DNA from: Macrostomum hystrix
Taxonomy: Eukaryota > Animalia > Platyhelminthes
Reading direction: 5' to 3'
DNA: 64,000 nucleotides
Assembly: GCA_950097015.1 (NCBI GenBank)
Contig: CATNEN010000004.1
Span: 1 to 64,000 of the forward strand
Shown here: piece by piece, positions 38,101-50,600 of the stretch
Numbering within the stretch: the stretch's first letter is position 1
Layout: every line of letters starts with the position of its first letter
The notes under the pieces: model-generated
What the model saw: only the letters and a program-made list of their open reading frames with translations
The model's database searches: none
What the model was told of the DNA's origin: nothing
Made by a program: the position numbers and the translations under genes

Positions 38101-41100
38101 ATCCTTATTGGTAGCTTTGATTTGTCTCCTAATACTTATTGGTAGCTTTAAGTGTCTCCTAATACTTATTGGTAGCTTTGAGTGTCTCCTAATACCTCTT
38201 GGTAGCTTTGAGTGTCTCCTAATACTTATTGGTAGCTTTGAGTGTCTCCTAATACTTATCGGTAGCTTTGAGTGTCTCCTAATACTTATTGGTAGCTTTG
38301 AGTGTCTCCTAATACTTATCGGTAGCTTTGAGTGTCTCCTAATACTTATTGGTAGCTTCAAGTGTCTCCTAATACTTATTGGTAGCTTTGAGTGTCTCCT
38401 AATACCTCTTGGTAGCTTTGAGTGTCTCCTAATACTTATTGGTAGCTTTGAGTGTCTCCTAATACTTATTGGTAGCTTTGAGTGTCTCCTAATACTTATT
38501 GGTTGCTTTGAGTGTCTCCTAATACTTATTGGTTGCTTTGAGTGTCTCCTAATACTTATTGGTAGCTTTGAGTGTCTCCTAATACTTATTGGTAGCTTTG
38601 AGTGTCTCCTAATACTTATTGGTTGCTTTGAGTGTCTCCTAATACTTATTGGTAGCTTTGAGTGTCTCCTAATACTTATTGGTTGCTTTGAGTGTCTCCT
38701 AATACTGATTGGTAGCTTTGAGTGTCTCCTAATACTGATTGGTAGCTTTGAGTGTCTCCTAATACTTATCGGTAGCTTTGAGTGTCTCCTAATACTTATT
38801 GGTAGCTTTGAGTGTCTCCTAATACTTATCGGTAGCTTTGAGTGTCTCCTAATACTTATCGGTAGCTTTGAGTGTCTCCTAATACTTATCGGTAGCTTTG
38901 AGTGTCTCCTAATACTTATTGGTAGCTTTGAGTGTCTCCTAATACTTATTGGTAGCTTTGAGTGTCTCCTAATACTTATCGGTAGCTTTGAGTGTCTCCT
39001 AATACTTATCGGTAGCTTTGAGTGTCTCCTAATACTTATCGGTAGCTTTGAGTGTCTCCTAATACTTATTGGTAGCTTTGAGTGTCTCCTAATACTGATT
39101 GGTAGCTTTGAGTGTCTCCTAATACTTATTGGTAGCTTTGAGTGTCTCCTAATACTGATTGGTAGCTTTGAGTGTCTCCTAATACTGATTGGTAGCTTTG
39201 AGTGTCTCCTAATACTTATTGGTAGCTTTGATTTGTCTCCTAATACTTATTGGTTGCTTTGAGTGTCTCCTAATACTTATTGGTAGCTTTGAGTGTCTCC
39301 TAATACTTATTGGTAGCTTTGATTTGTCTCCTAATACTTATTGGTAGCTTTGAGTGTCTCCTAATACTTATTGGTAGCTTTGAGTGTCTCCAAATACTTA
39401 TTGGTAGCTTTGAGTGTCTCCTAATACTTATTGGTAGCTTTGACTGTCTCCTAATACTTATTGGTAGCTTTGAGTGTCTCCTAATACTTATTGGTAGCTT
39501 TGACTGTCTCCTAATACTTATTGGTAGCTTTGAGTGTCTCCTAATACTGATTGGTAGCTTTGAGTGTCTCCTAATACTGATTGGTAGCTTTGAGTGTCTC
39601 CTAATACTTATTGGTAGCTTTGATTTGTCTCCTAATACTTATTGGTTGCTTTGAGTGTCTCCTAATACTTATTGGTAGCTTTGAGTGTCTCCTAATACTT
39701 ATTGGTAGCTTTGAGTGTCTCCTAATACTTATTGGTTGCCTTGAGTGTCTCCTAATACTTATTGGTTGCTTTGAGTGTCTCCTAATCCTTATTGGTAGCT
39801 TTGATTTGTCTCCTAATACTTATTGGTAGCTTTAAGTGTCTCCTAATACTTATTGGTAGCTTTGAGTGTCTCCTAATACCTCTTGGTAGCTTTGAGTGTC
39901 TCCTAATACTTATTGGTAGCTTTGAGTGTCTCCTAATACTTATCGGTAGCTTTGAGTGTCTCCTAATACTTATTGGTAGCTTTGAGTGTCTCCTAATACT
40001 TATCGGTAGCTTTGAGTGTCTCCTAATACTTATTGGTAGCTTTAAGTGTCTCCTAATACTTATTGGTAGCTTTGAGTGTCTCCTAATACCTCTTGGTAGC
40101 TTTGAGTGTCTCCTAATACTTATTGGTAGCTTTGAGTGTCTCCTAATACTTATTGGTAGCTTTGAGTGTCTCCTAATACTTATTGGTTGCTTTGAGTGTC
40201 TCCTAATACTTATTGGTTGCTTTGAGTGTCTCCTAATACTTATTGGTAGCTTTGAGTGTCTCCTAATACTTATTGGTAGCTTTGAGTGTCTCCTAATACT
40301 TATTGGTTGCTTTGACTGTCTCCTAATACTTATTGGTAGCTTTGAGTGTCTCCTAATACTTATTGGTAGCTTTAAGTGTCTCCTAATACTTATTGGTTGC
40401 TTTGAGTGTCTCCTAATACTTATTGGTAGCTTTGAGTGTCTCCTAATACTGATTGGTAGCTTTGAGTGTCTCCTAATACTTATCGGTAGCTTTGAGTGTC
40501 TCCTAATACTTATTGGTAGCTTTGAGTGTCTCCTAATACTTATCGGTAGCTTTGAGTGTCTCCTAATACTTATTGGTAGCTTTGACTGTCTCCTAATACT
40601 TATTGGTAGCTTTGAGTGTCTCCTAATACTTATTGGTAGCTTTGAGTGTCTCCTAATACTTATTGGTAGCTTTGAGTGTCTCCTAATACTTATTGGTTGC
40701 TTTGAGTGTCTCCTAATACTTATTGGTAGCTTTGAGTGTCTCCTAATACTGATTGGTAGCTTTGAGTGTCTCCTAATACTTATCGGTAGCTTTGAGTGTC
40801 TCCTAATACTTATTGGTAGCTTTGAGTGTCTCCTAATACTTATCGGTAGCTTTGAGTGTCTCCTAATACTTATTGGTAGCTTTGAGTGTCTCCTAATACT
40901 TATCGGTAGCTTTGAGTGTCTCCTAATACTTATTGGTAGCTTTGAGTGTCTCCTAATACTTATTGGTAGCTTTGATTTGTCTCCTAATACTGATTGGTAG
41001 CTTTGATTTGTCTCCTAATACTGATTGGTAGCTTTGAGTGTCTCCTAATACTTATTGGTAGCTTTGAGTGTCTCCTAATACTGATTGGTAGCTTTGAGTG

Positions 41101-42640
41101 TCTCCTAATACTGATTGGTAGCTTTGAGTGTCTCCTAATACTTATTGGTAGCTTTGATTTGTCTCCTAATACTTATTGGTTGCTTTGAGTGTCTCCTAAT
41201 ACTTATTGGTAGCTTTGAGTGTCTCCTAATACTTATTGGTAGCTTTGATTTGTCTCCTAATACTTATTGGTAGCTTTGAGTGTCTCCTAATACTTATTGG
41301 TTGCTTTGAGTGTCTCCAAATACTTATTGGTAGCTTTGAGTGTCTCCTAATACTTATTGGTAGCTTTGACTGTCTCCTAATACTTATTGGTAGCTTTGAG
41401 TGTCTCCTAATACTTATTGGTAGCTTTGACTGTCTCCTAATACTTATTGGTAGCTTTGAGTGTCTCCTAATACTGATTGGTAGCTTTGAGTGTCTCCTAA
41501 TACTGATTGGTAGCTTTGAGTGTCTCCTAATACTTATTGGTAGCTTTGATTTGTCTCCTAATACTTATTGGTTGCTTTGAGTGTCTCCTAATACTTATTG
41601 GTAGCTTTGATTTGTCTCCTAATACTTATTGGTTGCTTTGAGTGTCTCCTAATACTTATTGGTAGCTTTGAGTGTCTCCTAATACTTATTGGTAGCTTTG
41701 ATTTGTCTCCTAATACTTATTGGTTGCTTTGATTTGTCTCCTAATACTTATTGGTAGCTTTGATTTGTCTCCTAATACTTATTGGTTGCTTTGAGTGTCT
41801 CCTAATACTTATTGGTAGCTTTGATTGTCTCCTAATACTTATTGGTAGCTTTGATTTGTCTCCTAATACTTATTGGTTGCTTTGATTGTCTCCTAATACT
41901 TATTGGTTGCTTTGATTTGTTTTCTAATACTTATTGGTAGCTTTGAGTGTCTCCTAATACTTATTGGTAGCTTTGAGTGTCTCCTAATACTTATTGGTAG
42001 CTTTGATTTGTCTCCTAATACTTATTATTTGCTTTGAGTGTCTCCTAATACTTATTGGTAGCTTTGATTGTCTCCTAATACTTATTGGTAGCTTTGATTT
42101 GTCTCCTAATATTTATTGGTTGCTTTGATTTGTCTCCTAATACCTCTTGGTAGCTTTGAGTGTCTCCTAATACCTCTTGGTAGCTTTGAGTGTCTCCTAA
42201 TACTTATTGGTAGCTTTGAGTGTCGCCTAATACTTATTGGTAGCTTTGATTGTCTCCTAATACTTATTGGTTGCTTTGAGTGTCTCCTAATTCCTCTTGG
42301 TAGCCTTGAGTGTCTCCTAATACTTATTGGTTGCTTTGATTTGTCTCCTAATACTTATTGGTAGCTTTGAGTGTCTGCTAATACTTCTTGGTAGCTTTGA
42401 TTTGTCTCCCAATACTTATTGGTAGCTTTGAGTGTCTCCTAATACTTATTGGTAGCTTTGAGTGTCTCCTAATACTGATTGGTAGCTTTGAGTGTCTGCT
42501 AATACTTATTGGTAGCTTTGATTTGTCTCCCAATACTTATTGGTAGCTTTGAGTGTCTCCTAATACTTATTGGTAGCTTTGAGTGTCTCCTAATACTTAT
42601 TGGTAGCTTTGAGTGTCTCCTAATACCTGTCTCCTAATCT
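29115..42640 (+). repeat. Large satellite (~13.5 kb), 30-nt unit TTGAGTGTCTCCTAATACTTATTGGTAGCT, with higher-order structure
   Basis: Roughly 450 units. 31-nt variant units recur at an exact 2558-nt offset between 33.3-35.9 kb and 35.9-38.4 kb. Confidence 0.98.
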
Positions 42641-42739
42641 GAATTAATTTTTTTCGAAGATGTCAGCAAGACCTGAATCAGATGCATATAGAAAGCTGAT
42701 CCCAAGCCCTAGAATTTTCTTCCAGTGTGGTTAGCGTCG

Positions 42740-42753
42740 GTTGTCATAGCAAC
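42740..42753. promoter_or_regulatory. RFX X-box-like palindrome GTTGTCATAGCAAC
   Basis: Matches GTTNYCATRGYAAC and is extended by the flanking CG...CG inverted repeat; target gene unclear. Confidence 0.5.
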
Positions 42754-43499
42754 CGTTCGGCAAGGAGACAATCACAATCAGACCTGCCTACTAATGCCTG
42801 AGTACAACGGAGAGGCAGTGAAGAAAGCCTTGAGTCTGCTTTTGCAGAGAATTGGATCAGAGATTGGCACAGAAACTCCTTACAATAGCATTGCTCTCTT
42901 GAGTGCACACTAACTCACTCACACTAGCACAGCTTCATGCCGTATATTAGGAATTTTAATCCTTCTATCCAAACGACTATATATTTCTTTGGAACCAACA
43001 AAACCCCCACCTCAATCCCATTGTGCTTTTCCAACAACTCACTTCCACAGCCTCCAATACCTTCCCCTCTGCTTTTACCTATCTCTCGTTGGTTTATATT
43101 GGCGAAAATTATAGTTTATAGCACTAGCTGGCAATTGAACTGGTCACTTGCATTGTTGAGACACTGAACAGCTCAACTGAGCAGCGTCTGTTTAGCGCTC
43201 ACCTTCTCTATCTATCTCGCAAACTTTGTGTGCTTCTCCACTCCGCCTTGGCAACAAGGCGCGCTAACTTCTAGCCTCTCACCTATCCATACACCCGCCC
43301 AACCTCCTACGGCTCTACGGCGAGAGGTAGATAGGCAGACTCAAAACTACTAAAATATTGTTGTTCTTTTTCTGCCAGTCTGCGTTTGCTTTTGCTAAGC
43401 AAAGGATTGCTTGGTTGCATTGTGAAAAATTGCCTCACGGTTAAGTTAGTTCATTTTATCGATTGATCTCCCGGTAAGTTTCTAAAGTCAACTTACTTA

Positions 43500-44270
43500 T
43501 ACACTCCTGTCTAACATCTTATCTGCTTAACAATGTACAAATCTAACATCTTATCTGGTTACTAATCTACAAATCTAACATCTTATCTGGTTACCAATCT
43601 ACAAATCTAACAGCTTATCTGCTTACCAATCTACAAATCTAACAGCTTATCTGCTTACCAATCTACAAATCTAACAGCTTATCTGCTTACCAATCTACAA
43701 ATCTAACAGCTTATCTGCTTAACAATCTACAAATCTAACAGCTTATCTGCTTACCAATCTACAAATCTAACAGCTTATCTGCTTACCAATCTATAAATCT
43801 AACAGCTTATCTGCTTACTAATCTACAAATCTAACATCTTATCTGCTTACTAGTCTACAAATCTAACAGCTTATCTGCTTACCAATCTACAAATCTAACA
43901 GCTTATCTGCTTACTAATCTACAAATCTAACAGCTTATCTGGTTACCAATCTACAAATCTAACATCTTATCTGCTTACCAATCTACAAATCTAACAGCTT
44001 ATCTGCTTACCAATCTACAAATCTAACAGCTTATCTGGTTACCAATCTACAAATCTAACAGCTTATCTGCTTACCAATCTACAAATCTAACAGCTTATCT
44101 GCTTACCAATCTACAAATCTAACAGCTTATCTGCTTACCAATCTACCAATCTAACAGCTTATCTGCTTACCAATCTACAAATCTAACAGCTTATCTGCTT
44201 ACCAATCTACAAATCTAACAGCTTATCTGCTTACCAATCTACCAATCTAACAGCTTATCTACTCAAATAT
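43500..44270 (+). repeat. Minisatellite, 32-nt unit CTACAAATCTAACAGCTTATCTGCTTACCAAT
   Basis: About 23 units lying between a strong donor (cccg|gtaag, ~43454) and an acceptor (ctgcag, ~44631); probably a 5'-UTR intron. Confidence 0.92.
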
Positions 44271-44683
44271 CTACTAATCTAACAATTTTACTACTAACCA
44301 ATCTACAGCTTTGGTTAGAATAATCTAACCATTTTCTGCTCAGCTATCTACCAATCTAACAATTTATTCAAGCTAAATTTACCGCCTTACCTAGTTAATC
44401 TATCTACTAATCTACCTGCTGCTTATCTACTTACCGATCGCCCAATCTACTAACTTATCTTCTGGCGTGTCTACCAATAAACTATGAATCTAGTTGAAAA
44501 GATGCACTAAATTTGACGCCAATCGAGTTTAACGATTTCTGAAGCCCTCAACTGACCTGTCAATTTACCTAATAACCAAATTAGTTATTTCAGTGAAATT
44601 CAGTCAAATGACACCATTAATATCACTGCAGACCACCTAGCAGCCGAGCCAGCGGTGCTGCAATCGAACTGAAAATCCAATTA

Positions 44684-44697
44684 GTTGCCATGGCAAC
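44684..44697. promoter_or_regulatory. Perfect RFX X-box palindrome GTTGCCATGGCAAC overlapping the ATG
   Basis: Exact 14-nt palindrome of the canonical X-box type. Confidence 0.65.
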
Positions 44698-47600
44698 CTT
44701 CAGCCAGCCGCCGGGCGTGCCGTCGCCAATCATGCAGGTGGTGCGCCAGCCGCCGCCGCCGCAGCCGCGCCGCTGCCAGGTGCACACGGAGGCCGCCCGC
44801 ATCCCAGTGCCGTCAGTCTACGAAGCCTACCCGCCAGATCCGCCAGTGGATGTGCCGATCCCGAAGCGGGTGAATCCGCTGCGACCTGAGCCACCTGGAC
44901 GCATGACCTGCGTGACGGAGACCTCGGAGCCGCACTTTCACAATCAGCAGCGCCTGGCCATGCTGGAGCGCAAGCAGTTCCACCGGTTTCACAACGCCTG
45001 GAGCCGCTACTACTACGGCTCGGTGGCTGAGAAAGAGTTGCACAAGTGAGTTCAATCGCTTTGCCTTATTTGCTCATAGATAACGTCTAGAATTGGAGCA
45101 GCGTCATTGACGCCATTCCGTCTCATCTTCGCCTTCCAGTCGCTACTTCCGCGAAGGCCTCAAACAGCAGATGCGAGACAGTGACGAGAAAAATCAACGA
45201 ATGTTCCGCGAAAAGGCTCAAGGTGCGACTGGGCTGGGGAAATGCATAATTTGTGAATCTGCTTGATTCTGAGATCTTGTAGCCCTCTGGTTAGAGCTTC
45301 GGACTTGTGACCGCGAGTGGTCGGGAGTTCGAATCTCAACTCAAACTCCCGAGTGCTCAATTCACCCAGCTGGAGTAGAAATTTCGGTGTTTGTGGTGTA
45401 GCTGACTTGCTACAAATGTTGCTGTTAAATTTAAGAGTCGGCAAAAGCTTGGGCTTGTTTATTTAGTTTTGTCGTGGGGTTACATTTAAGTCTTAACCGG
45501 GCAACTGTACCTATCGATAACAAGGGTCATAGACAAATTAGCGGTAAGGGGGGAAATAAAAGTACCATTTGAATCTTTAAATATTAAGAGTTAAAAGAAA
45601 GAAGTGAATTTGCTGCTACAAGATACTCCCCCCACCCAAAACGGAGTTTATGCAAAGGTTTTGATTGTTGTTATGAAACAGTTAGAAAACGATTTTCAGT
45701 TAGGTTAATAATGGCTCAGTTGCGTAAAACAGTTTAACAGATGGTTCTGTAGAAAAACGAACGTGGGAAGCGGTTTTAGCAAGTATGTTTGCTGCCGGTG
45801 GGTTTTCCGGTGTTACAGTAGTTGCTGGTGCTTTGCTAATTGGTACCGGTGCTGGGAGTGTAGCTGGTTTCACTCGATCGATAGACACTACAGAAGGCTT
45901 GCCGTTGATTTCCAATGTAAATGTCGTTTCGTGTCTCTCCAACACTGCATAGGGTCCCTGGTAGGGTGCTTCTAGGGGACGTCGAACTCGATCTAGTCGC
46001 AACCAGACGTGGGTGCATGCAGCCAAGTCTGCTGGCAGATGAATTCTTACCTCGCGCGTTCGTGGTTGGCGATACGGAAAAAAAAAGTTGGTGCAGTCTT
46101 GTGGAAAGTTCCTTGACAGAGGAGGTGTCGGCAACTACAGGTGGGACTAATGGTTGTTCACCGGTAACGATAGAGAATGGCGATGCACCTGTCTCGTCTG
46201 CAAAAATGCGCATTCCGAGAAGCACGATGGGTAGCTGCTGCAGCCAGTTCTTGCCACGTGCTTTCAGCCCGGACTTTAATGTTCGGTGGGTTCGCTCGAC
46301 GATGCCATTTGCCCTCGGATTGTAGGCTGAAGTGCGGATGTGATGGATTCCGAGCAGTGTCGCCAGGTTTTGCATGAGCTCCGCGCGGAACTGCGCGCCT
46401 TGATCGGTCACCAGCGTCAATGGTGGGCCAAACCGAGAAATCCAGGATTCTAGGAAGGCGCACGCGACTGAAGTGGCGGTGATGTCAATGAGAGGGGCAG
46501 CTTCAATCCAACGTGAATATGCATCGACCATTGTGAGCAAGTAGCGAGGTCTGGGACTAACGTCGGTCGACTCTGGGGGTGGCAGTGGTCCGACTAAATC
46601 GATATGGACCGTCGTGAAGCGTTGAGAGGGTGCTGGAAGCTGTTGCAACGGGCGTTGGACGTGACGACCTGTCTTGCACTGCTGGCACTGTTGACATTCG
46701 ACTACCCACCTTTGGATGTCGTTAGCCATACCTAGCCAGAAAAAACGATAAACGATGAGTCGTTGCGTGGCTTTGCGGCCAGGATGTGCGAATGCATGCA
46801 GCGAGTCAAAAACAGCGCGTCGGAGAGTCCTAGGGATGACGGGACGTGGGTTTGTCTGCGAGATTTCGCATCGCAGTGGGAAGTCCTTGATTCCAATGTC
46901 GAAGTTGCTGAAACGGCCTGTCTGGGGTTCATCATCCGGGTTTTCCTTCTGTGCTCGTGCAACGGCTGGCAGGTCCACACATTGAGGAAGGTCAGACAGC
47001 AGTCGAATTGTGGTTGGTGGCGGGTTCTGGGATGGGTAAACCGGTCGTGATAGCGTGTCGGCTACGATGTTGTCCTTGCCGGAAATGTGGATGATGTCGC
47101 TCACAAACTCCGTGATGACGGATAGCTGGCGTTGTTGTCGATCGGAAAACCGTTCTTTCTTATTTCTAAACGCTCCGCTGATGGGCTTGTGGTCGCAGAA
47201 CACTGTGGTTTGTTGGCCTTGGATCATGTATTTCCATGTCTTGACCGCAGCAAAAATAGCCAGCAGTTCCCGATCAAAAGTGCTGTAAGCTGCTTCCGTG
47301 TCAGAGAGCTTGCGAGAGTAGAATGCCAATGGGGAAGATTGCTCGGCTACCACCTGATGCAATGCTGCGCCGATGGCAGTGGCGCTGGCGTCGGTTGTGA
47401 TTGTGAATGTGGCATTGGCTTGAGGAAAAGTCAGGGTGACTGCGTTCGCCAGACTGTCCTGGAGTTCTTTCCAAGCATCGTCGTGTCGCTTCGTCCAATT
47501 GAATGGCGCCGTGACGAGTTGTCGTAGCGGGGTGGCGATCTCAGCATAATTAGGAATGCACCGCTGATAAAAACCGAACATGCCAAGGTAGCGCCGTAGT

Positions 47601-50600
47601 GATTGCATGTCAGTGGGAGCCTCGAGTTTCCGCAGTGCTTCGACACGGTTCGGAAGCGGTCGGATGCCGTCAGCAGTGACGAAGTACCCAAGAAACTCCA
47701 CTGAATCGCGAAAGAAATGGCACTTTTCAGAGTTGACGCCCAAGCCTTTGTCGCTTAGACGTCGCAGCACCTCTTCGATGTGCGCTTGATGTTCTTCGCG
47801 TGACTGGCTGTGTACCAAGATGTCGTCGATGTAAGATGTTACGAACGGGAGGTCGCTAAAGACGGAATCTACGTATCGCTGGAATGTGCTGGCGGCGTTT
47901 CTCAGGCCGAATGGCATGCGAATGTATTCGAAAGAACCGAATGGCGTGCAAATCGCTGTTTTCTCAACATCTTCGTCTGCAATCGGGATGAAGTGGTAGG
48001 CCTTAACCAGGTCAAGGGTGCTGAACACTTTCGCTCCATGTAGACGATGGTGAAAATGATTGATGTTCGGAATAGGGTAACGGTCTGGTTTGGTTGCCGC
48101 GTTCAGTGCTCGATAATCTCCACATGGTCGCCAGGAGCCGTCCCTCTTCTTCACCATGTGAAGCGGGGAGGCCCAGGGACTGGCCGAGGGGCGAACGATA
48201 CCGAAGCGGAGGAGCTTGTCGAATTCCAACTTTGCGATTTCGTACTTCGCTGGGGATAATGGGCGAGGTCGACAGAATACAGGTTCACCTGTCGTCTCGA
48301 TGCGGTGTCGCACAGATGTGGCGGGTGGCGCGGTGTAGTCCGGTGCCTCCAGTAATCGCGGGAAATTTTTGAGTGGTGTGGTCGGTTCCAGTTGAGTTGT
48401 GGCGTTGATTTTGGGAAGTTGCACACTCGATGGACTGAGGTTGGCGTAAAGAGATGTCGCTGGGTCTTGTATGCGTCGTGTGTTCAGATCGATGAGGAAC
48501 CCAAACTTGAGGAAGAAGTCGGCTCCGAGAATTGGCGCAGTGTCGGTAACGATAAATGATGCAGGGTAGGGTCTACGGAGACCAGGAATTGTAAGAGTGA
48601 CGCAGCATTGGCCGAAAGTTGGGATTTCTCGACCATCGATGCTACAGAGTTTCACATGTGTGGTTGTCAACAGATTTTGAGGAGCGAATTTTAGTGGGAG
48701 CAGTGATCGCTCAGCACCGGTGTCAACTATAAAGGAAACGGGTGAACGGAGAATTTGACACAACAGTAATAACGTGTTGGCCTGGGAGGGGTCGCGGCTC
48801 GGCCGAGGCACGTGACCCACTAGTTTGACGCCGCTGTCGGCATTGGGCTGCTTGAGCGGGATTGAGTCGGAGTAGGTTGGCGGCTGGCGAGTGTTATCGT
48901 CGGCTTCGGTCCAGGCCACTGACACCACGGTCGGCATGTGCGAGCTTCCGCGGCGTAGTACAGGTGACCGTTGCAGATTTTTGGGCGGCGGAGAGAATTT
49001 CGGTTGGCTTGAAAATCATCGCGTCTAGCTCCTCGAAACGGACTTTTCTTGTTTCCTGCGGACAACTGGCCGGGTGCGATGGCCCGGTTGATTGGGGCGA
49101 ACGGCGTTGTGCTGGCTGACACGGCCAGCATGCTGTCGGCGATTTTAGAGAAAGCATCCAGCGGCGCGTCTTCGTGTCCGACTAATGCGGAACGGATGTG
49201 GGTCGGGAGTGCCGACAGGAGCCGAGACTTGACGATGCTATCATCGACTTGCAGACCGACTTCGCCGAACTTGCGCTTGATGTCGTTAACCAGTTGCGAT
49301 GGACGGCGGTCGCCGAGTTCAACTGCAGCCAGTGCCTCTTCGATGCGCTGGTGCCGGTTTACGCGTAACGATTCGAGCACCGCCGACTTAAGTGAGGCAT
49401 AGTCTCCCGTATCCAGATCGATTGAGCAAGCCACGTCTTCGGGTAGAGCGGCCAGTGTGTGGTGGAACTTGGTTGTCGGATTGACGATGCCGGCTAACGT
49501 GAACTGGGATTCTAACTGACGGAACCATATTTCTGGGGACTTGCGATAGAACGCGGGCGGTTTGACTGCGTGCTGTGTGATTTGTCGCTCGGGCATTTGA
49601 GGCGTTTCATCGGGTTGCCGCTGTTGACGCTGGGCTTCTGCTGTGCCTGGTTCGTGTCTCCTGGTTTTTGGCATGATGAAACGCTCTGCTACCAATTTTG
49701 TAGCTGACTTGCTACAAATGTTGCTGTTAAATTTAAGAGTCGGCAAAAGCTTGGGCTTGTTTATTTAGTTTTGTCGTGGGGTTACATTTAAGTCTTAACC
49801 GGGCAACTGTACCTATCGATAACAAGGGTCATAGACAAATTAGCGGTAAGGGGGGAAATAAAAGTACCATTTGAATCTTTAAATATTAAGAGTTAAAAGA
49901 AAGAAGTGAATTTGCTGCTACAGTGGTGCCACACCCCAGTCCACGTACTGAGCAGCTGTACGCAGTGTTTGGTGGACTTTAGATAATCCTATTGCTTTTG
50001 AGGATGGCTGATCGATTTCCCACAAAATAGTGAATTTTTGTTCGCTCCGTCATTCACAGAGAGCTCCGTGGCCTTTGCCCGCGACCGACAGGACATCGAG
50101 AGCGACCAGGTGCAGAGGGCTAGCCGGCACCAGTTCCTGACGCAGTACCGGGACGCCAACAAGTCGGTGGGTGGAGGCGAGGAAATGAGTCACTGTGATT
50201 TCCTGTCGGTGATTGAGACTCTTGATTAGACATAGAGACTCTTGATTAGTCATTGAGACTCTTGATTAGACATTGAGACTCTTGATTAGTCATTGAGACT
50301 CTTGATTAGTCATTGAGACTCTTGATTAGTCATTGAGACTCTTGATTAGTCATTGAGACTCTTGATTAGTCATTGAGACTCTTGATTAGTCATTGAGACT
50401 CTTGATTAGTCATTGAGACTCTTGATTAGTATTTGAGACTCTTGATTAGTCATTGAGACTCTTGATTAGTCATTGAGACTCTTGATTAGTATTTGAGACT
50501 CTTGATTAGTATTTGAGACTCTTGATTAGTCATTGAGACTCTTGATTAGTATTGAGACTCTTGATTAGTCATTGAGACTCTTGATTAGTCATTGAGACTC

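Larger units (their letters stand above)
45397..49922 (-). mobile_element. Full-length young Ty3/Gypsy LTR retrotransposon (CsRn1/Kabuki-like)
   Basis: LTRs at 45397-45620 and 49699-49922 are 224 nt each, TGTAG...CTACA, and identical by eye. TSD is GTGG. PBS TGGTAGCAGAG (initiator-Met tRNA type) follows the 5' LTR and PPT GGGTGGGGGGAG precedes the 3' LTR. Confidence 0.97.
45275..49975 (+). mobile_element. Family A SINE split by the LTR element (5' part ~45275-45396, 3' part ~49927-49975)
   Basis: Head TGTAGCCCTCTGGTTAGAGC...GGGAGTTCGAATC and TTCACCCAGCTG lie left of the LTR; CCCCAGTCCACGTACTGAGCAGC lies to its right. Both match successive parts of the 4925-5198 SINE. Confidence 0.7.

Noticed and set aside
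29755-42364. Dozens of long ORFs (LLILIGSFEC)n, and similar repeat-frame ORFs at 0.5-1.3, 2.3-2.8, 5.9-8.4, 9.8-11.3, 19.6-22.3 and 60-61 kb
   Set aside because: They are translations of tandem repeat units that happen to lack stops in one frame. There is no splice or homology support, and several lie inside introns of real genes.
42794-42913. Short ORF MPEYNGEAVKKALSLLLQRIG... downstream of the 42.7-kb X-box
   Set aside because: Only 39 codons with no usable donor or downstream exon found; insufficient support.
45535-45545. AAATTAGCGG in the LTR matching the core of the 30/36-nt arrays
   Set aside because: Only about 10 nt with no flanking similarity; compatible with chance.
48820-49746. 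Gag starting at 49746 and pol starting at 48937, as in the ORF track
   Set aside because: 49746 is a non-ATG start inside the LTR, upstream of the PBS. Pol is more plausibly made by frameshifting near the gag stop.
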